Below are positions 48,204 through 57,542 of a stretch of 64,000 bases of DNA, one piece after another. The stretch's first letter is position 1; every line of letters starts with the position of its first letter. Location: the NCBI GenBank assembly GCA_963662795.1, contig OY759746.1, positions 192,001 through 256,000 of the forward strand. The letters are read 5' to 3'. The notes beneath the pieces were generated by a model. That model ran no database searches and was not told where the DNA came from. It was given only the letters and a program-made list of their open reading frames with translations. This stretch comes from Spirochaetia bacterium. GTDB lineage: Bacteria > Spirochaetota > Spirochaetia > CADAEX01. The translations under genes and the position numbers were made by a program.

Positions 48204-49670
48204 ATGAACTATTTTAATTCGTTACCATTCAGATTAAAGATCGAAGAGCTTGGCCAATGCAGATTTATGGATAAATCAGAGTTTAACGGTGTTGAGAAGC
48301 TGAAAGGGAAAAAAATTGTTATTGTCGGCTGCGGAGCCCAGGGTTTAAACCAGGGACTCAATCTAAGGGACAGCGGACTTGATGTTTCATATGCTTTGAG
48401 AAAAAGTTCCATAGACGCCAAAAGACAGTCATGGAAAAACGCTTCAGAAAACAGCTTTAAGGTTGGGACTTATGAGGAGATGATTCCCGTCGCGGACCTT
48501 GTCTGCAATCTCACACCAGACAAGCAGCACACTTCAGTAATCGGGGCAATTATGCCGTTTATGAAGAAGAATTCCGCCCTTTCCTATTCACACGGTTTTA
48601 ACATTGTCGAAGAAGGGATGAAAATACGGGATGACATCACAGTTATAATGGTTGCGCCCAAGTCCCCGGGAACAGAACTCCGGGAAGAGTATAAAAGAGG
48701 GTTTGGAGTACCGACACTTATCGCGGTGCATAAATTGAATGATCCAAACGGCGACGGCCTTGAAATCGCAAAAGCCTATGCCGCAGGGACAGGCGGAGAC
48801 AGGGCGGGAGTGCTTCAGTCATCTTTTGTCGCTGAGGTAAAGTCAGACCTCATGGGAGAACAGACTATTCTCTGCGGCGTGCTCCAGACCGGTTCGCTCC
48901 TCTGTTTCGATAAAATGATTGAGAAAGGTGTTGATCCCTCCTACGCTGCAAAACTTGTACAGTACGGCTGGGAGACAATTACCGAGGCATTAAAGCACGG
49001 CGGAATTACAAACATGATGGACAGGCTTTCAAATCCGGCAAAAATAGCGGCCCATCAGATGTCTGAAGAACTTAAAAAGATAATGACGCCTCTTTTCAGA
49101 AAACATATGGACAATATTTTAGACGGTGATTTCTCGGCAACAATGATGAAGGACTGGGAAGCCGGCGATAAAGACCTGCTCAGATGGCGCGAAGAGACTA
49201 ACAAGAGCAAATTTGAAAACACTGAAGTTACATCAAAAGAGATAAGCGAACAGGAATATTTCGATAACGGCATACTGATGGCGGCATTTATCAAGGCCGG
49301 CGTTGAGCTTTCTTTCGATACAATGGTATCGGCAGGAATCAAGGCGGAATCAGCCTATTATGAATCACTCCACGAAGTTCCCCTTATCGCCAACACAATT
49401 GCAAGAAAAAAACTGTATGAGATGAATGTTGTAATTTCAGATACCGCTGAATACGGCAATTACCTTTTCTCAAACAGCGCAATCCCCCTCCTTGCGGGTT
49501 TCATGAAAAAGATTGACACTGATGTTATCGGGAAAGGTCTTGATCCTGATGATACAGGCGTTGACAACATTAAGCTTATTGAGGTCAATGAAGCGATCTG
49601 CTCAACAGGTGTTGAGAAGATAGGAAAAACACTGCGCGGTTACATGACTGCCATGAAAGCGCTGATATAA
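48204..49670 (+). CDS. ilvC: Ketol-acid reductoisomerase, long (class II) form
   Basis: [62 protein letters not shown]; ATG 48204 behind GGAGG. Confidence 0.96.
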   Translation: MNYFNSLPFRLKIEELGQCRFMDKSEFNGVEKLKGKKIVIVGCGAQGLNQGLNLRDSGLDVSYALRKSSIDAKRQSWKNASENSFKVGTYEEMIPVADLVCNLTPDKQHTSVIGAIMPFMKKNSALSYSHGFNIVEEGMKIRDDITVIMVAPKSPGTELREEYKRGFGVPTLIAVHKLNDPNGDGLEIAKAYAAGTGGDRAGVLQSSFVAEVKSDLMGEQTILCGVLQTGSLLCFDKMIEKGVDPSYAAKLVQYGWETITEALKHGGITNMMDRLSNPAKIAAHQMSEELKKIMTPLFRKHMDNILDGDFSATMMKDWEAGDKDLLRWREETNKSKFENTEVTSKEISEQEYFDNGILMAAFIKAGVELSFDTMVSAGIKAESAYYESLHEVPLIANTIARKKLYEMNVVISDTAEYGNYLFSNSAIPLLAGFMKKIDTDVIGKGLDPDDTGVDNIKLIEVNEAICSTGVEKIGKTLRGYMTAMKALI

Positions 49671-49685
49671 ATGTAAAATTCAAGG

Positions 49686-49723
49686 AAACTCCCCCTTCTT
49701 TTTTTAAAAAGACCGGGGAGTTT
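49686..49723. terminator. Probable bidirectional terminator
   Basis: AAACTCCCC...GGGGAGTTT stem between convergent genes. Confidence 0.7.
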
Positions 49724-50484
49724 TAATAAAATAAGTATGTATCCAGATCATTTGCAATTGTGATATTTTTATCCTGCTTAATTAATTCAAAATCCTTACT
49801 AATTATTAATTCCGGATAAAAATGGGAAATAAGTAAATTATCTGTTTTTACTCTTTTAGAATATTTAGTGACATCGGAAGCCGTCATATGCCCCGATGTA
49901 TTATGATAATTATTGCTGTGAGAGCATTCAATAACAGCTATTGTTGCACCGTTTCCAAGTAAAACAATATTTTCATTATAATTACTGTCTCCGCTGTAAA
50001 AAAATGATTTTCCGCTTTTATCGTTAATTCTGTAGCATATACTGCTTGAGGTGTGATAAGTAAACAGACACTGAACTGAGTGGTCTGCAATCTCAAAAAA
50101 AGTTTCTCCAACTTCATTGAGTACAATATTTTCAGGCGTAATCCATTTTTCATTCTTGAAAAAGCTTTTTATGGAATCATTAATGATATCACGAAGTCCA
50201 TAAGGTCCTGTCAGAAATAAAATATCATTATCAGGAACACCCCTGAGCCATCTTGAATGAATTACTGCAAAAAGATCAGAAATATGGTCAATATGAAAAT
50301 GCGTCAGAAAAATGTATTTAATCTGTGAAAAATCAACGTTCAGGTCTGATAGCTGCATTAATGTGCCTGGTCCGCAGTCAATAAGAATAAGGCAATTATC
50401 AGTTTCAAGCAGATATCCGGCACACTTTCTTCCCGGCACTGAAACTATAGTACCTGTACCGAGAATAGTTAATTTCTGTAACAT
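49723..50484 (-). CDS. MBL-fold metallo-hydrolase (RNase Z / phosphodiesterase-like)
   Basis: LGTG, LIDCGPG, THFHIDH, YSGDS, ECS..GHM, SHFYP. Confidence 0.9.
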   Translation of the reverse strand: MLQKLTILGTGTIVSVPGRKCAGYLLETDNCLILIDCGPGTLMQLSDLNVDFSQIKYIFLTHFHIDHISDLFAVIHSRWLRGVPDNDILFLTGPYGLRDIINDSIKSFFKNEKWITPENIVLNEVGETFFEIADHSVQCLFTYHTSSSICYRINDKSGKSFFYSGDSNYNENIVLLGNGATIAVIECSHSNNYHNTSGHMTASDVTKYSKRVKTDNLLISHFYPELIISKDFELIKQDKNITIANDLDTYLFY

Positions 50485-50490
50485 TTTAAA

Positions 50491-51561
50491 TTATCCTTTA
50501 ACACAAATATTCTGCATGATATGAAGTTTTTCAGGAGCAAAGTAAAGATAAATATCGCCATCAAGTATTGTCTGATATCCGGGATTATATTTATCGACAA
50601 CCAATGTAATTCCCAGTATGTCCACCCAGTATCTTACGATAGAGCCTTCAAAAATATTGTTAATAATTTTACCCTTTATAACATTTTTCCTCATGTCTTT
50701 TTTATCAACTATTTCTATCATTTCAGGTCTTATACATAATTTACCCGGACCATCTGAATATTTATCCTGAATGTCAAACTTAAAACCATTTATTCTGAAT
50801 TGACATCTTTGTCCTTCATGATTGACCTGGCCGTCTATAATATTACTTGTTCCAATGAAGCTTGCGGTAAAATCATCTGAAGGTGAAAAATAAATATTCT
50901 GGGATGAATCATACTGAAGAATCCTGCCATTATTCATAACTGCAATTTTATCAGAAAGAGCCAAAGCTTCACCCTGATCATGGGTAACATATACAGTTGT
51001 AATTCCAAGTTTTTTCTGAAGCTGTCTCAATTCCGCCCTTATGTTAATCCTTAATTTAGCATCCAGATTGGACAGAGGTTCATCAAGAAGCAGTACTTCC
51101 GGTTCCATAACAAGAGCTCTGGCTAATGCAACCCTCTGCTGCTGTCCCCCCGACAGCTGAGAAGGAAAACGGTCAAGAAGGTTTTCGATGTCAAGATATG
51201 AAATTGTTTTATCAAGACGCTGTTTAATTAACTTCGAATCCATTTTTTTTATTTCCAGGCCATAACAAATATTCTTTTTTATGCTAAGATGGGGGAAAAG
51301 AGCATAATCCTGAAACACCATAGTTGTATTCCTGAGATGTGTGGGAATATTATTAATTACATTTCCTCCAATCGAAATTGTTCCTTTTTCAATTTCATAA
51401 AATCCGGCAATAGTTCTCAGCAACGTTGTCTTACCGCACCCGGATGGTCCCAGAAAAGTTGTAAACAGTCCTTTATCGATCTCGAGATTTATATCATGTA
51501 AAACTTCGTTTTTTCCAAAAGATTTAAATAGATTCTGTATAACAAGATGTTTTTCAGCCAT
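50491..51561 (-). CDS. ABC transporter ATPase (FbpC/AfuC/PotA type)
   Basis: GPSGCGKT, VFQDYALFPH, LSGGQQQRVALAR, LLDEPLSNLD, YVTHDQ. Confidence 0.93.
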   Translation of the reverse strand: MAEKHLVIQNLFKSFGKNEVLHDINLEIDKGLFTTFLGPSGCGKTTLLRTIAGFYEIEKGTISIGGNVINNIPTHLRNTTMVFQDYALFPHLSIKKNICYGLEIKKMDSKLIKQRLDKTISYLDIENLLDRFPSQLSGGQQQRVALARALVMEPEVLLLDEPLSNLDAKLRINIRAELRQLQKKLGITTVYVTHDQGEALALSDKIAVMNNGRILQYDSSQNIYFSPSDDFTASFIGTSNIIDGQVNHEGQRCQFRINGFKFDIQDKYSDGPGKLCIRPEMIEIVDKKDMRKNVIKGKIINNIFEGSIVRYWVDILGITLVVDKYNPGYQTILDGDIYLYFAPEKLHIMQNICVKG

Positions 51562-51577
51562 TTCCCACTCCAGTATT

Positions 51578-53185
51578 TTAATAAAATATTTCGATTTTTT
51601 TCCCTGCTATTTTTTGTCCGATTAATAGGATAATAAATGCCAGGAGAAGCAGAACCGTTGTAAGCGCTGCAGCTTTACCAAATAATCCGTCACTTACAAA
51701 ATTCATGATAGTAAAAGTTGCGACCTTATTCCTGGAAGTAGCCAGAAAAACAATCACACTTAATGTTGTAATTGATCTTATAAAGGAAACAATAAAAGCA
51801 GATATGAATGAGCTCTTAACAAGAGGTGCTTCGATCTGCCAGAATATTTTAAACTGATTCGCTCCAAGATTTGATGCTGCCTCGCTTAAAGAAACTGATA
51901 TCTGTTTAAATGAATTAAGCCCTGTCTGATATCCCATTGAAATATTCCAGAATATCATGGCTAAGATTACAATGAAGGCACTACCGTAAAGATCTACAGG
52001 ATATTTTGTGAATGAAATGGAATATCCTATGCCGATAAAAATTCCGGGAAGTGCTGCAGGCAGAATTGCAGAAAAATCAATGAATTTTGTCAGGATTCCT
52101 TTATTCCGGCTAACCAGATAAGCAGCTATTATGGCAAGTACTGCACTTATTACTCCTGCTGTCACTGAGTAGAATATACTGTTAAAAAGCTCCGGTCCAC
52201 GGTTTAAAACATCTAACATCCACTTACCGGTGAGAGACCAGTCATATCCCCAGCCTTTTACAAAAGCTCCAAGAAGTATTCCAAGGTATACAAGTAAAAT
52301 CATTATGGCAATAATTGAACAAAACGCAAAAAAAAGTATTTTAGCATAAACTGCAGTTGGTTTTTGCCTGATATTTACAATTTTACCGGTTATTGTTACA
52401 TAAGATCTTCTCTGTACCCAGAATCTCTGAAAAGCAAAAATTAATATTGAAGGAAGGAGAAGAAGAATTGAAATGACAGCAGCACCGGCAACATCGCCCC
52501 ATCCTTCTACACGCATCCAGGCCTCTGTGGCAAGTACGGAAAAATCCCCTGAAATCATTATCGGATTTCCAAAATCGGCCAGAACCAGAATTGATACAAG
52601 TAAAGCAGCTCCGGCAATTCCTGGAGTGGAAAGAGGCAGCGTTACAGTTTTAAACAATTTAAAGCCGTCCGCACCCAGATTTCGTCCGGCATATTCAACG
52701 CTTGGTGATATTGAGTTCAATACTCCTTCAATTGACATCGCAGCCACGGGGAAAAATGCAATAGTCTGTGACAGCCACAAGCCATGCCACCCCAGAATTG
52801 ATGCCCTTATTCCGAACAATTCATATGTGATAAGTCCATTATTTCCGAAAAGCATCAGATAACTGAATGCCACCATGAATGGAGGGGAAAAAAGAGGCAG
52901 TATGGAAATTATCTTGAAGTATTTTTTTAAAGGTATATCTGTTTTTACAATACTATAGGAATATATAAACCCAAAAAGCGTTGCAGTTAAAGTTGACAGG
53001 AACATTATAAAAACACTATTTAATGCTGATTTAATGTATCGCTTCTCACTAAATAATTTTATATAGTCTTTAATTTCAGGGAAAATAAATACATTTATAA
53101 AAGGATAAATAACAAAAACAGCAAGTATAAACGCAGTAAAAGTTAACATAAAAAGAAGTATTGGATCGCGAAAAATTTTCTTCAT
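51578..53185 (-). CDS. ABC transporter fused double permease (FbpB/AfuB type)
   Basis: SPPFM, EYAGRNLGA..VTLPL, LADFGNP, EAASNLGA; 535 aa. Confidence 0.9.
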   Translation of the reverse strand: MKKIFRDPILLFMLTFTAFILAVFVIYPFINVFIFPEIKDYIKLFSEKRYIKSALNSVFIMFLSTLTATLFGFIYSYSIVKTDIPLKKYFKIISILPLFSPPFMVAFSYLMLFGNNGLITYELFGIRASILGWHGLWLSQTIAFFPVAAMSIEGVLNSISPSVEYAGRNLGADGFKLFKTVTLPLSTPGIAGAALLVSILVLADFGNPIMISGDFSVLATEAWMRVEGWGDVAGAAVISILLLLPSILIFAFQRFWVQRRSYVTITGKIVNIRQKPTAVYAKILFFAFCSIIAIMILLVYLGILLGAFVKGWGYDWSLTGKWMLDVLNRGPELFNSIFYSVTAGVISAVLAIIAAYLVSRNKGILTKFIDFSAILPAALPGIFIGIGYSISFTKYPVDLYGSAFIVILAMIFWNISMGYQTGLNSFKQISVSLSEAASNLGANQFKIFWQIEAPLVKSSFISAFIVSFIRSITTLSVIVFLATSRNKVATFTIMNFVSDGLFGKAAALTTVLLLLAFIILLIGQKIAGKKIEIFY

Positions 53186-53207
53186 AACCGGCTCCGATGC
53201 ATTATAG

Positions 53208-53236
53208 TTAAGGCAGAAGATTTGCCTCTGCCTTAA
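53208..53236. other. Intercistronic stem-loop after the SBP gene
   Basis: TTAAGGCAGA-N9-TCTGCCTTAA perfect 10-bp stem between SBP and permease genes. Confidence 0.65.
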
Positions 53237-53248
53237 TCAAGTAACAAA

Positions 53249-54280
53249 CTATTTACCTGTGATTTCCGCCCATTTTTTCTTCCATATGTCAATATTTTCT
53301 GCAGCAGCGACAAGGTCCCACTTTGCCAGACTTAATTCTTCAAATGCCGGAACTCCTGAAGGAAGTTCAACACCGCTTCTTACCGGATACCTGTATCCGT
53401 TTTCAGCATTAATTTTACCGGCTTCTTTTGAAAGGAGAAAATCGATGAATTTTTTAGCATTTTCAAGATTAGGAGCACCTTTTATTATGGATGCAGCACC
53501 TATTTCAAAACCTGTATCTTTTGGAAAAACCACTGTAATAGGAAGATTACCCTGTATTTTTTGTTTCAAAGTATCATGACCCCATGCAAAACCTACAATA
53601 GCTTCTCCCTGGCTTACCAGCGGAATTGAACCATTGGCTCCTTTTGTATATTGTGCAACATTTTGATGCATTTGCCTGATAAATTCAAAACCCTTCTCTT
53701 CGCTGTTTAATCTGAAAATCTGGGCTGCCATCATCAGATATGCCCCACCTGTAGTTGCAGGATTGGAAGCAATTATTTCCCCCTTGTATACCGGATTGAG
53801 CAGATCATCCCATGTATTTGGGGCTTTTATCCCTTTTACAGCAATTTCTTTTTCAAATCTTTCGGTATTATAAATCATGCAAAGAGCTCCAAGATACCAT
53901 CCAGTCCAATAGTTTGATTTATCCATAAAATCCTTAGAAATACCCGCTTCTTTAATAACAGGGGATTTATAAGATTCAAGAAGATTATTGCTTGCAAGAT
54001 CTGAATGATAGTTTGAATTACCGCCTATAAAAACATCAGCTCTTGACGAACCAGCTTCTGTCTTGATTCTACCGGTTATGCTCCCCGCCTGTTCAATCTG
54101 AAGAGCAAGATCAGCCTTTATACCGGTTTGTTTTTCAAAAGCAGCACATAGATCTTTTGCGGTCTTTTCATCAAGCGCAGCATATACAATCACATTGCGT
54201 CTTTGCTCTTCTTTTTTTCCTCCTGCGAATAATGATGCAGTTGTTACAGCAATAAGCAGAATTAAAAAAACTTTCTTCAT
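53249..54280 (-). CDS. ABC substrate-binding protein (FbpA/AfuA-like cluster)
   Basis: Signal peptide plus GGKKEE; ADVFIGG, WDDLLNP, NPATTGGAY, GFEIGAASIIKG, AKKFIDF. Confidence 0.88.
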   Translation of the reverse strand: MKKVFLILLIAVTTASLFAGGKKEEQRRNVIVYAALDEKTAKDLCAAFEKQTGIKADLALQIEQAGSITGRIKTEAGSSRADVFIGGNSNYHSDLASNNLLESYKSPVIKEAGISKDFMDKSNYWTGWYLGALCMIYNTERFEKEIAVKGIKAPNTWDDLLNPVYKGEIIASNPATTGGAYLMMAAQIFRLNSEEKGFEFIRQMHQNVAQYTKGANGSIPLVSQGEAIVGFAWGHDTLKQKIQGNLPITVVFPKDTGFEIGAASIIKGAPNLENAKKFIDFLLSKEAGKINAENGYRYPVRSGVELPSGVPAFEELSLAKWDLVAAAENIDIWKKKWAEITGK

Positions 54281-54362
54281 AAAATCATCTCCTTTTAATA
54301 TTTTTAAAAAGCCAATACAGTTTTCTGTAAAAGACTTTTGATTTCATCTTCGAATTATTTTT

Positions 54363-55361
54363 TTAATTAGTTCTTTCAATACATGATTTCCTTATGATAA
54401 GTTCAGTGGGAAGAATCACTTCTTTTGAGACAGAATTATCTTTATTTATCATTAATAGTATATTCTGCATGGCGATTTTACCGATTTCATACATTGGCTG
54501 CCTTACGGTAGTAAGTGGCGGCCACAAATATTCAGAAAAAAAAGTATCATCAAAACCCGCAACCGATACCATTTCGGGAACTTTAATGTTATTTTCATTC
54601 AGAAAATGAAGAACACCCATTGCACTGTTGTCATTTGCCGCAAATACCGCATCAAAGTCATTGTTACTCAGATATTCTTTTGCAATCTGGTATGCTTTTT
54701 CCTTGGAAAAATCTCCTGCGGTCTCAATAAGATTTTTCAAATCAAATCCACATTCCGCAAGTCCCATTCTGAATCCATATTTTCTGTCATTGGAGTCGAT
54801 ATTGTCTTCTCTGCCTGAAATAAATAATATTTTTTTGTAATTATTACCTGCAAAATAATGGGCCATTTTTCTGGCACCGCCGACATTATCAACAATTACG
54901 GAAGGAGATCTGCTATCACTGAAAGGTTTACCGATAAAAATAACCGGAATATTTGTCCTGGATATTTTTTTTAACAGCACATTGATTTTCTCATAGGCGC
55001 TTGAATGCCGGATAATAAATCCGTCTACCATATTTGAATCCACAAGGTCATAAGCCAGATCAATTTTGGAAATTGATTTAATTATTGTATGATAATAAAC
55101 ATCCTGGGAAACATCAGTTATTCCTCTTAAAAGATTTGTATAATATGGAGAAGTCACATCCGGAAGTAAAACGGCAACAGCATTTTTCCTGCCATTTGAA
55201 AGTGCTCTTGCCACCATATTGGGTTTATACCCAAGCCTTTTCATTGATTCTTTAATCTTTCCCACAGTTTCGGGTTTAACCTGAGATTCGTTATTTATAA
55301 CTCTTGAAACAGTTGCTCTTGAAAATCCGGAATCAAGTGCAACATCCTCCAGTCTTACCAT
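54363..55361 (-). CDS. LacI-family transcriptional regulator
   Basis: RLEDVALDSGFSRATVSRVIN..LGYKPN..ARAL; AANDNSA; GFDD; PPLTTVRQP. Confidence 0.95.
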   Translation of the reverse strand: MVRLEDVALDSGFSRATVSRVINNESQVKPETVGKIKESMKRLGYKPNMVARALSNGRKNAVAVLLPDVTSPYYTNLLRGITDVSQDVYYHTIIKSISKIDLAYDLVDSNMVDGFIIRHSSAYEKINVLLKKISRTNIPVIFIGKPFSDSRSPSVIVDNVGGARKMAHYFAGNNYKKILFISGREDNIDSNDRKYGFRMGLAECGFDLKNLIETAGDFSKEKAYQIAKEYLSNNDFDAVFAANDNSAMGVLHFLNENNIKVPEMVSVAGFDDTFFSEYLWPPLTTVRQPMYEIGKIAMQNILLMINKDNSVSKEVILPTELIIRKSCIERTN

Positions 55362-55377
55362 ATCTTTTCAAAACTCC

Positions 55378-55512
55378 AATGAAAGCGCTCTCATTTCATG
55401 GTATCATTGAGTTTTATAACCGTCAACATTTTTTTATAAAATTAATAATTCCTTTTATTATCTTTATTTATATAAAGGTATAATTTATTTAAAATGATAG
55501 CGCTCTATTTTT
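55378..55512. promoter_or_regulatory. Two LacI-type operators
   Basis: AATGAAAGCGCTCTCATT (55378-55395) and AAAATGATAGCGCTCTATTTT (55491-55511): CG-centred palindromes typical of LacI-family sites. Confidence 0.75.
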
Positions 55513-55773
55513 TGTTATAATATGAAACTTTATAATGTCTACAAAGTCCTCAGTAGTATCTATTTCAATTGAAATAGTTGGGAAAAAATACAGAAAAATA
55601 AAGATTACCTGGTGTGGGCAGGAAAGTTCACACAACCGTTAAAACGCAAACTGCCGGGGAAATTACGGGTAACTGCTTATATATGATAAATAAGTCATTG
55701 AAAAATTGATATCGGCTTCTTATGTTTTTTAAGCATCTTACATTGGCAGTTAATTTGTTGTATAATCCGCATA

Positions 55774-56322
55774 ATGGAAATCAAACTTTTTGACAAATGG
55801 TGGCTGCAGCTGCTGAAAGGGATTTTTTTCGTTACAGGCGGAATACTTATCCTGAATCTGGGTCCTTATAAATATCTGATAAACCCCCTTTTTGCCGGAA
55901 TATTTCTTATGGTTTTCGGTATTCTTGATATTTTTACGTCACTTTCCAACCGCACCCTGAATTACGCATGGCAATGGCTCCTTGCAGAGGGGCTTCAATA
56001 CCTCTTCTTCGGCCTTATTCTTATGATGAAACAGGATATTACCTTTTCCATTATTCAGCTTCTTTTTGGAATTCTTGCGATGTTCACCGGCATACTCCAC
56101 TTTTCAGCGTCCATAAACTTCAGAAACGCCGGTGTCAGAAGATGGTTTGCCGCAACTTTTAACGGCCTTGTAGCAGCCGCTTTAAGCATTGTCATCATTT
56201 TCTATCCGGAAAGCGAGCAGAATATCAGTGCAATTATAATCGCAGCTTACATAATTGCTGAAGGAGTTCTTGTAATGCTTAACGCGCTTCTCCTCGAACA
56301 GGTGGCATTTGATTATTCCTGA
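55774..56322 (+). CDS. HdeD/DUF308-family membrane protein
   Basis: KWWLQLLKGI, repeated G-containing TM hairpins, six TM segments. Confidence 0.8.
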   Translation: MEIKLFDKWWLQLLKGIFFVTGGILILNLGPYKYLINPLFAGIFLMVFGILDIFTSLSNRTLNYAWQWLLAEGLQYLFFGLILMMKQDITFSIIQLLFGILAMFTGILHFSASINFRNAGVRRWFAATFNGLVAAALSIVIIFYPESEQNISAIIIAAYIIAEGVLVMLNALLLEQVAFDYS

Positions 56323-57538
56323 AACCAGAGGCACAATCCCCTCTTCTTCCATAAAAAAATCAGCAATCCCTTTTTTTACGGCAGTTCTTCTGGCTTTCCT
56401 GCCTGAACTGTTTTTAACACCGGTTTGTTCCTTTTCAGAGTCCTTTTCAGAGTCCTTTTCAGAGTCCTTTGCAGAGTCTTTTACCGCTCCTGCTTCTGAC
56501 GGCAATCATTACCTTAAGGAATTCTCTTCCCCTGCAGATGAATGGGGAAACGGAGTAGAGGCCGTAATCGAGGAAGCCTACAGGGCATGTTTTAAAACAT
56601 ACATTATAGACGGGCGGGTGATCACAGTCCGCATGCCGTTTGCAGAGAATAATGAAAGGGCACAGCTTATCGACGGGGAACTGATCGTAAACGGCGGAGG
56701 CAAGGCAGATGCAGAACAGCTGTGGATTGAAGCTGATGAACTGCTGAAATCTGAAGATTTCAAGTCATACGCTGCAGTTCTTGGAGACGGACGCGAAAAA
56801 CTGATTACCCTTGATCTTGATTCACGAAGCTGGTCTGTTTCCAGGGATTTGTTCTCTGTCGCCAGGATGAAAGCGGACGCATATCCCGGCCTTCCTCATC
56901 AGCCTTTGATCTACTCAGACGGAAAAGGCATAAGGGAATCAGATGTCTACAACTACCTCTACTGTATGGGGCGGCTCGGGATGGACTGTTCAGGTTTTGT
57001 CTGGCAGGTGCTTTCGACTGTAGCAAAGCGCAGCCGCATCAATCTTGCCAGAGCGCTCACCCCATCGCTTCACGCACCGGGGCCTTCATATGCGCCGCTT
57101 TATTTCGGAACATGGTACTTCAGGACAAGAAAGAGGGAAGCGCCCGATGTTCCTGACATAATAAAAAACCTTAAGCCTCTTGATCTTATCCTTTTCCGGG
57201 GAGAAAAAGGTGAAATAGTACATTCCACCGTTATCCAGTCGATAGACAGAAAAGCCGGTATCATACGCTACCTGCAGAGTACAGATGAGGCTCCAATGAA
57301 TGAAAGAGGTGTCCATGAATCATTTATCCATTTCAATCCTGAAAATGATAATGTGAGCCTCAAAAACCCTTCCCTCATCTGGACACAGAAAAGGCTGCCT
57401 CCCTTCGATGGGGAACGCCCTTCGTCATTTACAGATGACGGTGACCGTTACCGTGCGTTTAGTGAATATGGAGGGGGAAAAGTAGTAAGGATCAAAGCGC
57501 TGTCAGGCCAGTTGAAATTTACTGATATAAAAAAATAA
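56309..57538 (+). CDS. Exported protein with NlpC/P60-like (papain-fold) motif, putative peptidoglycan endopeptidase
   Basis: Hydrophobic N-terminus; GMDCSGFVW; LKPLDLILF..IVHS; start uncertain. Confidence 0.7.
   Translation: MIIPETRGTIPSSSIKKSAIPFFTAVLLAFLPELFLTPVCSFSESFSESFSESFAESFTAPASDGNHYLKEFSSPADEWGNGVEAVIEEAYRACFKTYIIDGRVITVRMPFAENNERAQLIDGELIVNGGGKADAEQLWIEADELLKSEDFKSYAAVLGDGREKLITLDLDSRSWSVSRDLFSVARMKADAYPGLPHQPLIYSDGKGIRESDVYNYLYCMGRLGMDCSGFVWQVLSTVAKRSRINLARALTPSLHAPGPSYAPLYFGTWYFRTRKREAPDVPDIIKNLKPLDLILFRGEKGEIVHSTVIQSIDRKAGIIRYLQSTDEAPMNERGVHESFIHFNPENDNVSLKNPSLIWTQKRLPPFDGERPSSFTDDGDRYRAFSEYGGGKVVRIKALSGQLKFTDIKK
56429..56482 (+). repeat. 12-bp tandem repeat, about 4.5 copies
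   Basis: TCCTTTTCAGAG x3, TCCTTTGCAGAG, TCTTTT; encodes SFSE repeats in frame. Confidence 0.95.
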
Positions 57539-57542
57539 TCTT

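Noticed and set aside
55600-55680. Hairpin GTGTGGGC-AGGAAA-GTTCACAC followed by ACGCAAAC, reminiscent of a c-di-GMP-I riboswitch
   Set aside because: Element order and the P1/P2 architecture do not fit by eye; an Rfam scan would be needed to revive it.
56429-56482. Repeat considered as a CRISPR array
   Set aside because: Units are 12 bp, contiguous, have no spacers and lie in frame in a CDS; no cas genes are present.
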